This document shows, one piece after another, positions 8,614 through 20,995 of a DNA stretch of 64,000 nt (the first letter of the stretch is position 1; every line of letters begins with the position of its first letter). The position numbers and the translations under genes are program-made. Under the pieces are notes generated by a model. The model ran no database searches. It saw nothing but the letters and a program-made list of their open reading frames with translations, and was not told the origin of the DNA. Source of the stretch: Solirubrobacterales bacterium (GTDB lineage: Bacteria > Actinomycetota > Thermoleophilia > Solirubrobacterales > 70-9). Location: positions 29,483 through 93,482 of the forward strand of contig DATHVI010000174.1 in the NCBI GenBank assembly GCA_035461385.1. The letters are read 5' to 3'.

Positions 8614-9636
8614 TCAGCGGGCCACGGCGCGTTCCAGGACCGCTTCCATCTTCGCGGTCTCGCGGCGGACGTCCCGCTCGGCGGCCGCGGCGCGCGCGGC
8701 GGGATTCGGGGTCGGCATCGCGGCCGCCCGTTCGAGCGCGGCCGTGAGCGCGTCGACGTCGTCGGGGTCGACGAGCACGCCGCCATCGGCGGGAACGAAC
8801 TCCGGCGGCCCGCCGACCGTCGTCGCGACCACGGTCCGCTCCATCGCCATCCCCTCGAGCGTCGCCTGGCCGAACGGTTCCCGCAGCGACGGCTGACAGA
8901 CGACGTCGGCCGCGGCGATCCAGCGCGGCACCTCCGACTGCGGTAGGCGCCCGGTGACGGTCACGTCCGGACGGCCCTCGAGCTGTCCGCGCAGCGGCCC
9001 GTCGCCGACGAACGCGAGCCGACCGCGCCCGAGGCGGGCGAATGCGTCGGCGAGCCGGACGACGTTCTTGCGCTCGATCAGCGAGCCGACGCAGACGAAG
9101 CCAGGGCCCTCGCCCTCCCAACCGAGCCCGCGCCGGGCCTCGGCGGGGTCGCGGGGCGAGAACGCGTCAAGGTCGATCCCGCAGCTTGCGATCTCGAGCT
9201 TCGCCGCGGCGGCCGGGATCCGGTCGGTGAGGCGGTCGCCGAGCCAGCGCGAGTTCGCGATCACGCCGCTCGCCCGCGCGATGACCCAGCGCGTCGCCGC
9301 CTCGACCCCGGGGATCGAGCCGAGGTTGGCGACGTCGGTCCCGTGGGCCATGACGACGAGCGGCGCCCGCCCCGCGATCCCCGCCAGCGCCCCGGCGACG
9401 CCCGCCGGCAGCAGGTAGTGGGCGAAGACGACGTCGGGGCGCCGGCGCCGGGCCGCGGCGACGGCGTCGCGGACGAGCCGCGCGTGCTTGGCGCGCGAAC
9501 CGCCACGGCGCGTCACCGCGACGACCTCGACCTCGTTGCCGGGCCGTTCGAGCTCGCGAGCGACCGGGACCAGGTAGGCGCCGAGGTCGGGGTCGCTCGG
9601 CCCCGGCCACATCTGGCTCACGAACAGGATCCGCAT
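8614..9636 (-). CDS. glycosyltransferase family 4 (GT-B)
   Basis: Real gene starts at ATG 9636 (MRILFVSQMWPGP...). E(x7)E region is REPFGQATLEGMA. The upstream part of the 790-aa ORF is antisense to the amine oxidase gene. Confidence 0.85.
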   Translation of the reverse strand: MRILFVSQMWPGPSDPDLGAYLVPVARELERPGNEVEVVAVTRRGGSRAKHARLVRDAVAAARRRRPDVVFAHYLLPAGVAGALAGIAGRAPLVVMAHGTDVANLGSIPGVEAATRWVIARASGVIANSRWLGDRLTDRIPAAAAKLEIASCGIDLDAFSPRDPAEARRGLGWEGEGPGFVCVGSLIERKNVVRLADAFARLGRGRLAFVGDGPLRGQLEGRPDVTVTGRLPQSEVPRWIAAADVVCQPSLREPFGQATLEGMAMERTVVATTVGGPPEFVPADGGVLVDPDDVDALTAALERAAAMPTPNPAARAAAAERDVRRETAKMEAVLERAVAR

Positions 9637-9726
9637 CCGCCCATCATCCCGGTCCCACCGACCCTCGCGACGAGCCGCCCTCGCGGGTCGCCCCCGAGAG
9701 GCACCGAGGTGGTGAAATACCGACCG

Positions 9727-11091
9727 ATGGCGGACGCCGCGAGCCTCGACTGCGACGTCGCCGTCGTCGGCGCCGGCCTCGCCGGCCTCACGGCGGCGTC
9801 CGAGCTCGGCGCCCGCGGCCTCGACGTCCGCGTGCTCGAGGCCCGCGACCGGGTCGGCGGACGGTCGCTCAACCACCGGGTCGGCGCCGCGCCCGACCAG
9901 GTGGTCGAGCTCGGCGGGCAGTGGGTCGGGCCCGGGCAGCGCGAGGTGCTCGCGCTCGCCGCCGAGCTCGGGCTCGAGACCTTTCCGACCCACACCGCCG
10001 GCGAGAACGTGCTCGAGGACCACCGTGGCCGGGTCTCCCGCTACCGGGGAACAATCCCCCGCCTGAACCCGGTCGCGCTCGCCGACATCAGCCAGGCGGA
10101 GGCCCGCCTCGGGCGCCTGATCCGCCGGGTCTCCGCCGCCGCACCCTGGACCGCGCACGGCGCCGAGCGCCTCGACTCGCAGACGTTCGCGACCTGGATC
10201 CGCCGCACCGCCCGTACCAGGCTCGCCCGCGAGACCCTGGCGCTCGCCTGCCGGGCGGTGTTCGCCGCCGAGCCCGAGGAGCTCTCGCTGCTCCACGTCC
10301 TCTTCTACTCGGCGAGCGCCGACGGCTGGGACTCGCTGCTCGACACCCGCGGCGGCGCCCAGCAGGATCGGATCGTCGGAGGCTCGCAGCTGCTCGCGAC
10401 CAGGCTCGCCGAGCGCCTCGACGGGCGGATCGAGCTCGGGCGGCCGGTGCGATCGATCCACTCCCTCGACGACGGCGTCCTCGTCGAGGGACTGGCCGCG
10501 CGGCGGGCGATCGTCGCCGTCCCCCCCGCGCTCGCGGGCCGAATCGAGTACGACCCACCGCTTCCGAGCGACCGCGACCAGCTCACCCAGCGGATCGGCA
10601 TGGGCTCGGTCGTCAAGTGCATGGCGATCTACGACCGGCCGTTCTGGCGCGCCGACGGGCTCAGCGGCCAAGGCCTCAGCCTCCGCGGCCCGGTCCAGGT
10701 GACGTTCGACAACAGTCCGCCGTCGGGGACTCCGGGGGTCCTGCTCGGGTTCCTCGAAGCCGGCAACGCCCGCCGCCTGCGCGGCCTGCCGCCCTCCGGG
10801 CGCCGCCGGCTCGTGCTCGAGACGTTCGGCCGTCTGTTCGGGCATCGCGCCGCGACGCCGGTCGACTACGTCGAGCGCGACTGGAGCGCCGAGCGCTGGT
10901 CGCGCGGCTGCTACGCCGGCATCCTCGGCCCCGGAGTCTGGACCGGCTACGGGCTCGCGCTCCGCCGGCCCAGCGGCCGCCTCCACTGGGCGGGGACCGA
11001 GACGGCGAGCCGCTGGATGGGCTACTTCGACGGCGCGATCGGCTCCGGCCGCAGGGCGGCGCGCGAGGCGGCCGGCCAGCTCGGGGCCTGA
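9727..11091 (+). CDS. FAD-dependent amine oxidase (flavin monoamine oxidase family)
   Basis: Start ATG 9727. Dinucleotide fold VAVVGAGLAGLTAASEL...VLEARDRVGGR; C-terminal HWAGTETASRWMGYFDGAIGSG. Confidence 0.85.
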   Translation: MADAASLDCDVAVVGAGLAGLTAASELGARGLDVRVLEARDRVGGRSLNHRVGAAPDQVVELGGQWVGPGQREVLALAAELGLETFPTHTAGENVLEDHRGRVSRYRGTIPRLNPVALADISQAEARLGRLIRRVSAAAPWTAHGAERLDSQTFATWIRRTARTRLARETLALACRAVFAAEPEELSLLHVLFYSASADGWDSLLDTRGGAQQDRIVGGSQLLATRLAERLDGRIELGRPVRSIHSLDDGVLVEGLAARRAIVAVPPALAGRIEYDPPLPSDRDQLTQRIGMGSVVKCMAIYDRPFWRADGLSGQGLSLRGPVQVTFDNSPPSGTPGVLLGFLEAGNARRLRGLPPSGRRRLVLETFGRLFGHRAATPVDYVERDWSAERWSRGCYAGILGPGVWTGYGLALRRPSGRLHWAGTETASRWMGYFDGAIGSGRRAAREAAGQLGA

Positions 11092-11104
11092 TCGTCGCCG
11101 ACGG

Positions 11105-12919
<1,815 letters not shown>

Positions 12920-13080
12920 GCGGTCTCAACTCCTTGGCGGGCGCAACGGCGCCCTATGTCTCTCTCGAAAATGCAACGCGTGCCCAGCCGTTACCCGTCC
13001 GAGGAGGCTCGGCCCGCCACACTATTGTGTCGCACCGCGAGGCTGAACACGGCCGCCGGGCACCGCGACGGTGATCCGGG

Positions 13081-13124
13081 GCCCTTCGCAGCACCGACTG
13101 CGGCCCTTCGCAGCACCGACTGCG
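13081..13124 (+). repeat. perfect 22-nt tandem duplication (GCCCTTCGCAGCACCGACTGCG x2, then GCCC)
   Basis: 13081-13102 and 13103-13124 are identical. Lies 37 nt upstream of the ligase start codon. Confidence 0.9.
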
Positions 13125-13160
13125 GCCCGCTAGGGTTTCGCCCCCGCACCCTGCCGCGCC

Positions 13161-14426
13161 ATGCGCTTCTACGAGTACGAATCACGACGAATCGTCGAGC
13201 GCGCCGGGATCCCGGTGACCGACTACGGCTTCTGCACCAGCGCCGCCGAGGCGCGTGCCGCCGCGGAGCGGATCGGCGGGCCGGTGGTGGTGAAGTCGCA
13301 GGTGCTGACCGGCGGGCGGATGAGGGCCGGCGGGGTGAAGTTCGCCGGCAGCCCGGACGAGGCCGAGCGCGACGCGGAGGAGATCCTCGGGCTCGAGATC
13401 AACGGCCAGCGGCCCCGCGGAGTCCTCGTCGACCCGAAGGCCGAAGTAGCGCAGGAGTACTACGCCGGGGTCGTCTGGGACGGGACCGCGAAGCGGCCTC
13501 TGATGCTGTTCAGCGACATGGGCGGGATCGACATCGAGGAGGTCGCCGCCAAGAATCCCGACCACGTCGGCCGCGGCCACCTCTCGAACCTGATGGAGGC
13601 GTCCGACTACCTGGCGAAGCAGGTGATCGCCCAGATCGGGCTCACCGGCTCGGAGCTGACCCGGGCTACCCCGATCCTCGCCCGGCTCGCGCGCCTGTTC
13701 CGCGACCACGACATGACCCTCGCCGAGATCAACCCCCTGGCCCGACTCGAGGACGGGAGCTTCGTCGCGCTCGACGCCCACATGGAGATCGAGAAGGAGG
13801 CGATGCCGCGCCAGCAGCACCTGCTGCGGGAGGTGCTCGAGGTCGCTCCCGACGACACCCGCGAGCCCTACGAGCCGTCGCAGTTCGAGCGCAACGTCGC
13901 CGCGATCGACGCCGCCGACCACCGCGGCGTCGTCCAGGGCCGCGACCACGGGTTCGACGGCAACCTCGGGCTCGTGATCGGCGCCGGAGGCGGCTCGCTC
14001 ACGCTCACTGACGCCGTCCGCGGCCAGGGCGGACGGCCCGCGAACTACACCGAGATCGGCGGCAACCCCTCGGTCGCGAAGGCGTGCGGCCTCGCGAAGG
14101 AGGTCTTGAGCAAGGACGGGGTCGACAAGATCGCGGTGATGATGTCGATCGTCTCGAACACCCGGGTCGACATCGTCGCCCGCGGGGTGATCAAGGCCTG
14201 TCTCGAGCTCGGCAAGGACCCCGCCGAGACGATCGCCGTGTTCCGGATCCCCGGCGCCTGGGAGGAGGAGGGCTACGAGATCCTGAACCGCTACGGCGTT
14301 GCCCACTGCGACCGCTCGGTCTCGATGTGGGAGGCGGCCGGAAGGGCCGTGCAGGCGGTCTCCGAGCCCCCCGCGGCCGACCCCGGCACCCCCGGACGCG
14401 GAGCGGAGGAGGTGTCAGGCAGTTGA
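13161..14426 (+). CDS. succinate-CoA ligase beta-subunit family (ATP-grasp), divergent; substrate unknown
   Basis: 421 aa. N-terminal ATP-grasp region (MRFYEYESRRIVERAGIPV...VVVKSQVLTGGR). The CoA-ligase half has LVIGAGGGSLTLTDAV where SucC normally has NGAGLAMATMD. Confidence 0.85.
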   Translation: MRFYEYESRRIVERAGIPVTDYGFCTSAAEARAAAERIGGPVVVKSQVLTGGRMRAGGVKFAGSPDEAERDAEEILGLEINGQRPRGVLVDPKAEVAQEYYAGVVWDGTAKRPLMLFSDMGGIDIEEVAAKNPDHVGRGHLSNLMEASDYLAKQVIAQIGLTGSELTRATPILARLARLFRDHDMTLAEINPLARLEDGSFVALDAHMEIEKEAMPRQQHLLREVLEVAPDDTREPYEPSQFERNVAAIDAADHRGVVQGRDHGFDGNLGLVIGAGGGSLTLTDAVRGQGGRPANYTEIGGNPSVAKACGLAKEVLSKDGVDKIAVMMSIVSNTRVDIVARGVIKACLELGKDPAETIAVFRIPGAWEEEGYEILNRYGVAHCDRSVSMWEAAGRAVQAVSEPPAADPGTPGRGAEEVSGS

Positions 14427-15337
14427 TCCTCCTGCGAGAGGACTCCACCTTCATCGTCCAGGGAATCACCGGGCGCGAGGCGGTGAACCTGACCAGGGAG
14501 TGCCTCGACTACGGCTCGCGGATCGTCGGCGGGGTCACTCCCGGGCGCAAGGGGCGGGAGGTCCACGGAGTGCCCGTCCACGACACGGTCGCGCAGGCGA
14601 TCGAGGCGCACGGCGCGCCGATCGACGGGTCGGTCGTCACCGTCCCGCCGGCGTTCACCAAGGACGCAGTGTTCGAGGCGCTCGCCCACGGGATCAAGCT
14701 GATCGTGGTCGTCACCGAGCGGATCCCGCGCCGCGACGTCGCCGAGATGGTCGAGCTCGCCGACCTCCACGGCGCTCGGATCATCGGCCCGAACTGCCTC
14801 GGGGTGATCGCCCCGGGTGTCTGCAAGATGGGCGGCATCGGCGGTCCGGCGAAGGACGCGGCGAAGGCGTACGCGCCTGGCCGGGTCGGGGTGATGTCGC
14901 GCTCGGGAGGGATGACGACCGAGATCTCCTCGTCGCTGACCGCGGCCGGGCTCGGCGTCTCGACCGCGGTCTCGATCGGGGGCGACGCGATCATCGGCTC
15001 CACCTACGCCGAGCTGATGCCGCTGTTCGAGGCCGACCGGCAGACCGAGGCGATCGTGATCTACACCGAGCCGGGCGGCCGGATGGAGGCAGAGCTCGCC
15101 GCCTGGGTGAAGGCGAACGACTCGCGGCTTCCGATCGTCGCCTTCATGGCCGGCAAGTTCATGGACTCGGCGGAGATGAAGGGAATGAGCTTCGGCCACG
15201 CGGGAACGATCGTCGAGGGCGCCGAGGACACCGCGGCGGAGAAGATCGCCCGGCTCCAGGACGCCGGGATCGACGTCGTCGAGCGGATCGACGACATCGC
15301 CGCCGTCGTCGAGCGCAAGCTCTCGGTGAAAACCTGA
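14423..15337 (+). CDS. succinate-CoA ligase alpha-subunit family (CoA-binding, phosphohistidine loop)
   Basis: TTG start at 14423 overlaps the beta-subunit stop (TTGA), with GGAGGAGG upstream. Motifs: VQGITGREA, GPNCLGV, SRSGGMTTE, SFGHAGTIVEG. Confidence 0.85.
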   Translation: MILLREDSTFIVQGITGREAVNLTRECLDYGSRIVGGVTPGRKGREVHGVPVHDTVAQAIEAHGAPIDGSVVTVPPAFTKDAVFEALAHGIKLIVVVTERIPRRDVAEMVELADLHGARIIGPNCLGVIAPGVCKMGGIGGPAKDAAKAYAPGRVGVMSRSGGMTTEISSSLTAAGLGVSTAVSIGGDAIIGSTYAELMPLFEADRQTEAIVIYTEPGGRMEAELAAWVKANDSRLPIVAFMAGKFMDSAEMKGMSFGHAGTIVEGAEDTAAEKIARLQDAGIDVVERIDDIAAVVERKLSVKT

Positions 15338-15357
15338 TGGCGGAGGGAGGCGGAAAG

Positions 15358-15600
15358 ATGCACGGGGTGTTCATCGCCGTCGACGTCGCCGACGAGGTCG
15401 CACGCGACTCGGAGCTTGCACGCAAGCTCGCCGAGGTCTGCCCGGTCGACATCTACGCCGCCGACGGCGACGGTGGGTCGGTGCGGGTGGTCGACGAGAA
15501 CCTCGACGAGTGCGTGCTCTGCGCGCTCTGCGTCGAGGCCGCCCCGCCGGGCGGCGTCGTCGTCCGCAAGCTCTACAACGGGACCGAGCTTCGGCGCTGA
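15358..15600 (+). CDS. small ferredoxin-like protein with a single predicted [4Fe-4S] site
   Basis: ATG 15358 is preceded by GGAGGGAGG; an alternative ATG at 15337 overlaps the alpha-subunit stop. Four Cys: CP(VDIY) ... CVLCALC...AP, i.e. half of a dicluster ferredoxin pattern. Confidence 0.6.
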   Translation: MHGVFIAVDVADEVARDSELARKLAEVCPVDIYAADGDGGSVRVVDENLDECVLCALCVEAAPPGGVVVRKLYNGTELRR

Positions 15601-15628
15601 GCGGAGCGTCGGTTGGCGCCAGCCGGGC

Positions 15629-16048
15629 TCAGGCCCAGGCGCCGAGGATCGCGCCGACGAACACCAGCCCGACGACGTGGTAACCGCCATAGATCGCGAT
15701 GTACGTCGCCGGCTCGGGCCGGTTGTCGAACGCACCGCCGAGCACGGTCAGCGCCAGCCCGATCCCGACCCCGACCACGAGCCCGAGGACGACGCCGCTG
15801 CCGACCGCGTCCGTCCCGGTCGCCTCGGTGAGCATCGCTGTCGCGACCGTCGCGACGAAGCAGGTCAGGAGCGGGATGACGTAGAACGAGGCCGTCGGGC
15901 CGCTCTCCGGCACCTCGATCCCGCTGGCGCGAAACCAGGCGCGCCCGAACAGCGGCTCCGCGTACCAGAGCCCTCCGAGCGCGAAGTAGGCGACCGTGGC
16001 GGCGATCACGGCGAGCCAGTTGAGATCACCGAGGACGTCGAAGCTCAT
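15629..16048 (-). CDS. DUF1761-like small integral membrane protein
   Basis: ATG 16048 with GGAGGAGAAGAG upstream. 139 aa with 4 hydrophobic segments; WLAVIAATVAYFALGGLWY is typical of the family. Confidence 0.65.
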   Translation of the reverse strand: MSFDVLGDLNWLAVIAATVAYFALGGLWYAEPLFGRAWFRASGIEVPESGPTASFYVIPLLTCFVATVATAMLTEATGTDAVGSGVVLGLVVGVGIGLALTVLGGAFDNRPEPATYIAIYGGYHVVGLVFVGAILGAWA

Positions 16049-16151
16049 CTCTTCTCCTCCGGTTGGTCCCGCGCAACCTACACGCGCGCCTCGTCGCCGG
16101 CCCTTCCCTATAACTGCGGGGCGTGATCGCGGCGAGCTCAGCCATCGGCCC

Positions 16152-17618
16152 GTGAACCTGATCGGGGACCTGCTCGAGCGCTTTCCGGCCTCGAAGCCGT
16201 TGCTGCTCTCGATCTCGGCCGAGGGCGAGCGCCGCGTCTGGCACGCCGGCGAGCTGATCGCGATGTCCGCCGGCCTCTCGGGGGCGTTCGCGGCGCGGGG
16301 CGTGCGCCGCGGCGACGTCGTCATGACCCTGGTCGGGAACCGGGTCGAGTGGGTGCTCGCGCTGCTCGCCTGCTGGCGGATGGGCGCCACCGCGCTGCCG
16401 TGCAGCACCCAGCTTCGGCGTGCGGACCTCGCCCACCGCGCCGCGACCGCGAACCCGGCGCTCTGCATCGGCAGCGAAGACCCCCTCGCCGAGCTCCCCG
16501 ACGGCATCCCCTCGATGACGCTCGCCGAGGTCGCCGACGTGCTCGACGAGGATCGCCCCCAGGAAACGCCCGCGGCGATCGAGGACCTCGGCCCCGACGA
16601 CCCGGCGCTGATCGTCTTCACCTCGGGCACGACCGGCGAGCCGCGGGCGGCGCTCCATGCGCAGCGCTACCTGACCGCGCAGCGGTCGCAGGCCGAGCAC
16701 TGGCTCGGCGCGACCGAGGGCGACCTGGTCTGGTGCACGACCGGCACCGGCTGGTCGAAGTCGGCCCGCAACATCTTCCTCGCCCCATGGCTGTGCGGAG
16801 CGGCGGCCGTGCTCCACGAACGCCGGTTCGATCCCGCCGAGCGGCTCGACCTCTGCGAGCGCGAGCAGGTGAGCGTGCTCTGCCAGGCGCCGACCGAGTA
16901 CCGGATGCTCGTCCGGCGTGCAGAACTGCGCCCGCTGCCGGCACTGCGGCGCGCGGTCTCGGCCGGAGAGGCGCTCGACCGCGACGCGATCGACGCCTGG
17001 AGGCACGCGACCGGGCTCGAGATCCACGACGGCTACGGCCAGACCGAGACCGGGCACCTGGCCGGGAGCCTGACGTCGATCCCGGTCCGCCCCGGCTCGA
17101 TGGGCAAGCCGCTGCCCGGGTTCGACCTGAGGATCGCGAACGGCGAGCTCGAGGTCCGGGTCGCGAGCTGCCCGACGTTCTTCGCCCGCTACCTCGACTC
17201 AGACCCGTTCGCCGGCGAGTGGTGGCCGACCGGCGATCTCGTGCGCGAGGACGCCGACGGCTACCTATGGCATCAGGGTCGCCGCGACGACCTGATCGTC
17301 TCGGCGGGCTACCGGATCGGCCCCCAGGAGGTCGAGGCCGCGCTCGCCTCGCATCCGGCGGTCGCCGAGGCGGCGGCCGTACCGGCCCCCGATCGCGAGC
17401 GCGGCGCGGTGGTGAAGGCGGTGGTCGTCCTCGACGGTCGCTCGCCATCCGCCGAGCTCGCCCGCGAGCTCCAGGACCACGTCAAGGCGGTGACCGCGCC
17501 GTACAAGTTCCCGCGCATCGTCGAGTTCGCCGAATCGCTGCCGCGGACGTCGAGCGGCAAGCTTCGCCGCGCGGCGCTGCGCACCGACGGCGGCCCACCG
17601 ACGCGGCCGGCGCGGTGA
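16152..17618 (+). CDS. AMP-dependent acyl-CoA synthetase/ligase
   Basis: GTG 16152. Motifs: IVFTSGTTGEPR, DGYGQTETG, GDLVREDADGYLWHQGRRDDLI, LPRTSSGKLRR. Confidence 0.85.
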   Translation: MNLIGDLLERFPASKPLLLSISAEGERRVWHAGELIAMSAGLSGAFAARGVRRGDVVMTLVGNRVEWVLALLACWRMGATALPCSTQLRRADLAHRAATANPALCIGSEDPLAELPDGIPSMTLAEVADVLDEDRPQETPAAIEDLGPDDPALIVFTSGTTGEPRAALHAQRYLTAQRSQAEHWLGATEGDLVWCTTGTGWSKSARNIFLAPWLCGAAAVLHERRFDPAERLDLCEREQVSVLCQAPTEYRMLVRRAELRPLPALRRAVSAGEALDRDAIDAWRHATGLEIHDGYGQTETGHLAGSLTSIPVRPGSMGKPLPGFDLRIANGELEVRVASCPTFFARYLDSDPFAGEWWPTGDLVREDADGYLWHQGRRDDLIVSAGYRIGPQEVEAALASHPAVAEAAAVPAPDRERGAVVKAVVVLDGRSPSAELARELQDHVKAVTAPYKFPRIVEFAESLPRTSSGKLRRAALRTDGGPPTRPAR

Positions 17619-17662
17619 CTCGGGGCGCCTTGATCTGAGCGTGCCACTACGCTGGCGCCGGG

Positions 17663-18379
17663 GTGGAAGCCACGATCACGATCCCCGGCCGCTGCAACGG
17701 GCCTCCGGACTCGGCCAACGGCGGCTACTCGTGCGGGCTCGTCGCCGACCTCGTCGGCGGGGCGGCGGAGGTGACGCTGCGCTCGCCGCCGCCGCTCGAG
17801 CGGCCACTCGAGGTCCGCGCCGAGGGCGACCGGGTGCAAGTGTTCGACGGCGAGACCCTGGTCGCCGAAGGGCGCCCCGGCGATCCGGGCGTCGAGCCCC
17901 CCGCGCCGCCCGACCTCGCGCTCGCCACCAGCGCCGCGGAGGCCGGCCGCGAGCGCTGGGCCGACGGGCACCCCTTCCCCACCTGTGTCACCTGCGGCCC
18001 CGACCGCGCGCCGGGCGACGGGCTGCGGATCTTCCCGGGCCCGCTTCCCGGCGGCGAGATCTTCGCCGCGCCGTGGACGCCCGACCCGTCACTCGCCGGC
18101 GACGACGGTGCCGTCGAGGCTCCCTGGGTCTGGGCGGCGCTCGACTGCCCCTCGTCGGCGCCGGTGAACGGCGGCGAGGGGTGGTCGCCCGTCGTCCTGG
18201 CGCGCCTCACGGCCCGGCTCGAGCGCTCGGTCGCCGCCGGCGAGCCCCACGTGATCGTCGCCTGGCCGATCGGTGCCGACGGGCGCAAGCATCACACCGG
18301 CTCGGCGCTGTTCGACCGCGGCGGCGCGCTCTGCGGAATCGCCCGCGCGCTCTGGATCGAGCTCCGCAATCAGCCGTAG
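17663..18379 (+). CDS. hot-dog fold (PaaI-like) thioesterase family protein
   Basis: 238 aa; CVTCGPDRAPGDGLRIFPGP matches the CxxCG..GL motif of PaaI-type hot-dog proteins. Confidence 0.6.
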   Translation: MEATITIPGRCNGPPDSANGGYSCGLVADLVGGAAEVTLRSPPPLERPLEVRAEGDRVQVFDGETLVAEGRPGDPGVEPPAPPDLALATSAAEAGRERWADGHPFPTCVTCGPDRAPGDGLRIFPGPLPGGEIFAAPWTPDPSLAGDDGAVEAPWVWAALDCPSSAPVNGGEGWSPVVLARLTARLERSVAAGEPHVIVAWPIGADGRKHHTGSALFDRGGALCGIARALWIELRNQP

Positions 18380-18380
18380 C

Positions 18381-18858
18381 TCATCCGTCCTGCGCACCCA
18401 GCTCGCGGACGTCCGGGCGCTCGAGCGCGTCGATCAGCGCCTCGGTGCGAACGGCGAACACCGACCGCGGGGTCCCCGCGGCGGCCCAGACGGTGTCGAA
18501 GCGGCGCAGGGAGGCGTCGACGATCGTGTCGAGCGGCCGATCGTGGCCGAGCGGAGGGACGCCGCCGATCGCGAACCCCGTGGCCTCGCGGACCTCGTCC
18601 GGGCTCGCCGGCCTCGCGCCGGGGCCCAGCCGCGCCGGGTCGACCCCTGCGATCGCCGGCGCACAGGCAGACGATCGGACGCCCGCCGGAGATGAACACG
18701 AGCGACTTCACGATCTGGGCGACGTCGCATCCGATCGCAGCGGCGGCCTCGGCGGCCGACCGGGTCGAGGAGTCGAGCGTCTGCACCTCGACCTCGAGCC
18801 CCCTCGAGCGCAGCCGCTCGGCGACCCGAACCGCGGTCGGGTGCAGCCCGGCGGTCAC
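18381..18858 (-). pseudogene. YbaK/EbsC-type aminoacyl-tRNA deacylase, frame-shifted (one extra base in a C4/G4 run)
   Basis: Frame 1 reads MTAGLHP...IVKSLVFISGGRPIVCLCAGDRR. Family-like sequence then continues in another frame: VDPARLGPGARPASPDEVREATGFAIGGVPPLGH...TVWAAAGTPRSVFAV...*, with its stop at 18381. Total length 478 nt = 3n+1; the shift is at about 18644-18647. Confidence 0.75.
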
Positions 18859-18863
18859 GGGCG

Positions 18864-20849
<1,986 letters not shown>

Positions 20850-20995
20850 CGCTCTCCTTCCTCGTTCACGCGCCGCGTCGGCGTCACTTCGGTCCAGCGG
20901 ACACCCTGATTGTCCCATCGTCGCGCTCCCGGCGGCCGCCCCGCACGGGGGAGCCCGGGTGGCGGCGTGATCTTGCTCCACTACCCTCGCCCGCC

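Noticed and set aside
9637-10986. N-terminal 450 aa of the 790-aa minus ORF 8614-10986
   Set aside because: Only the part from ATG 9636 (MRILFVSQ…) is glycosyltransferase-like. The remainder is antisense to the amine oxidase gene.
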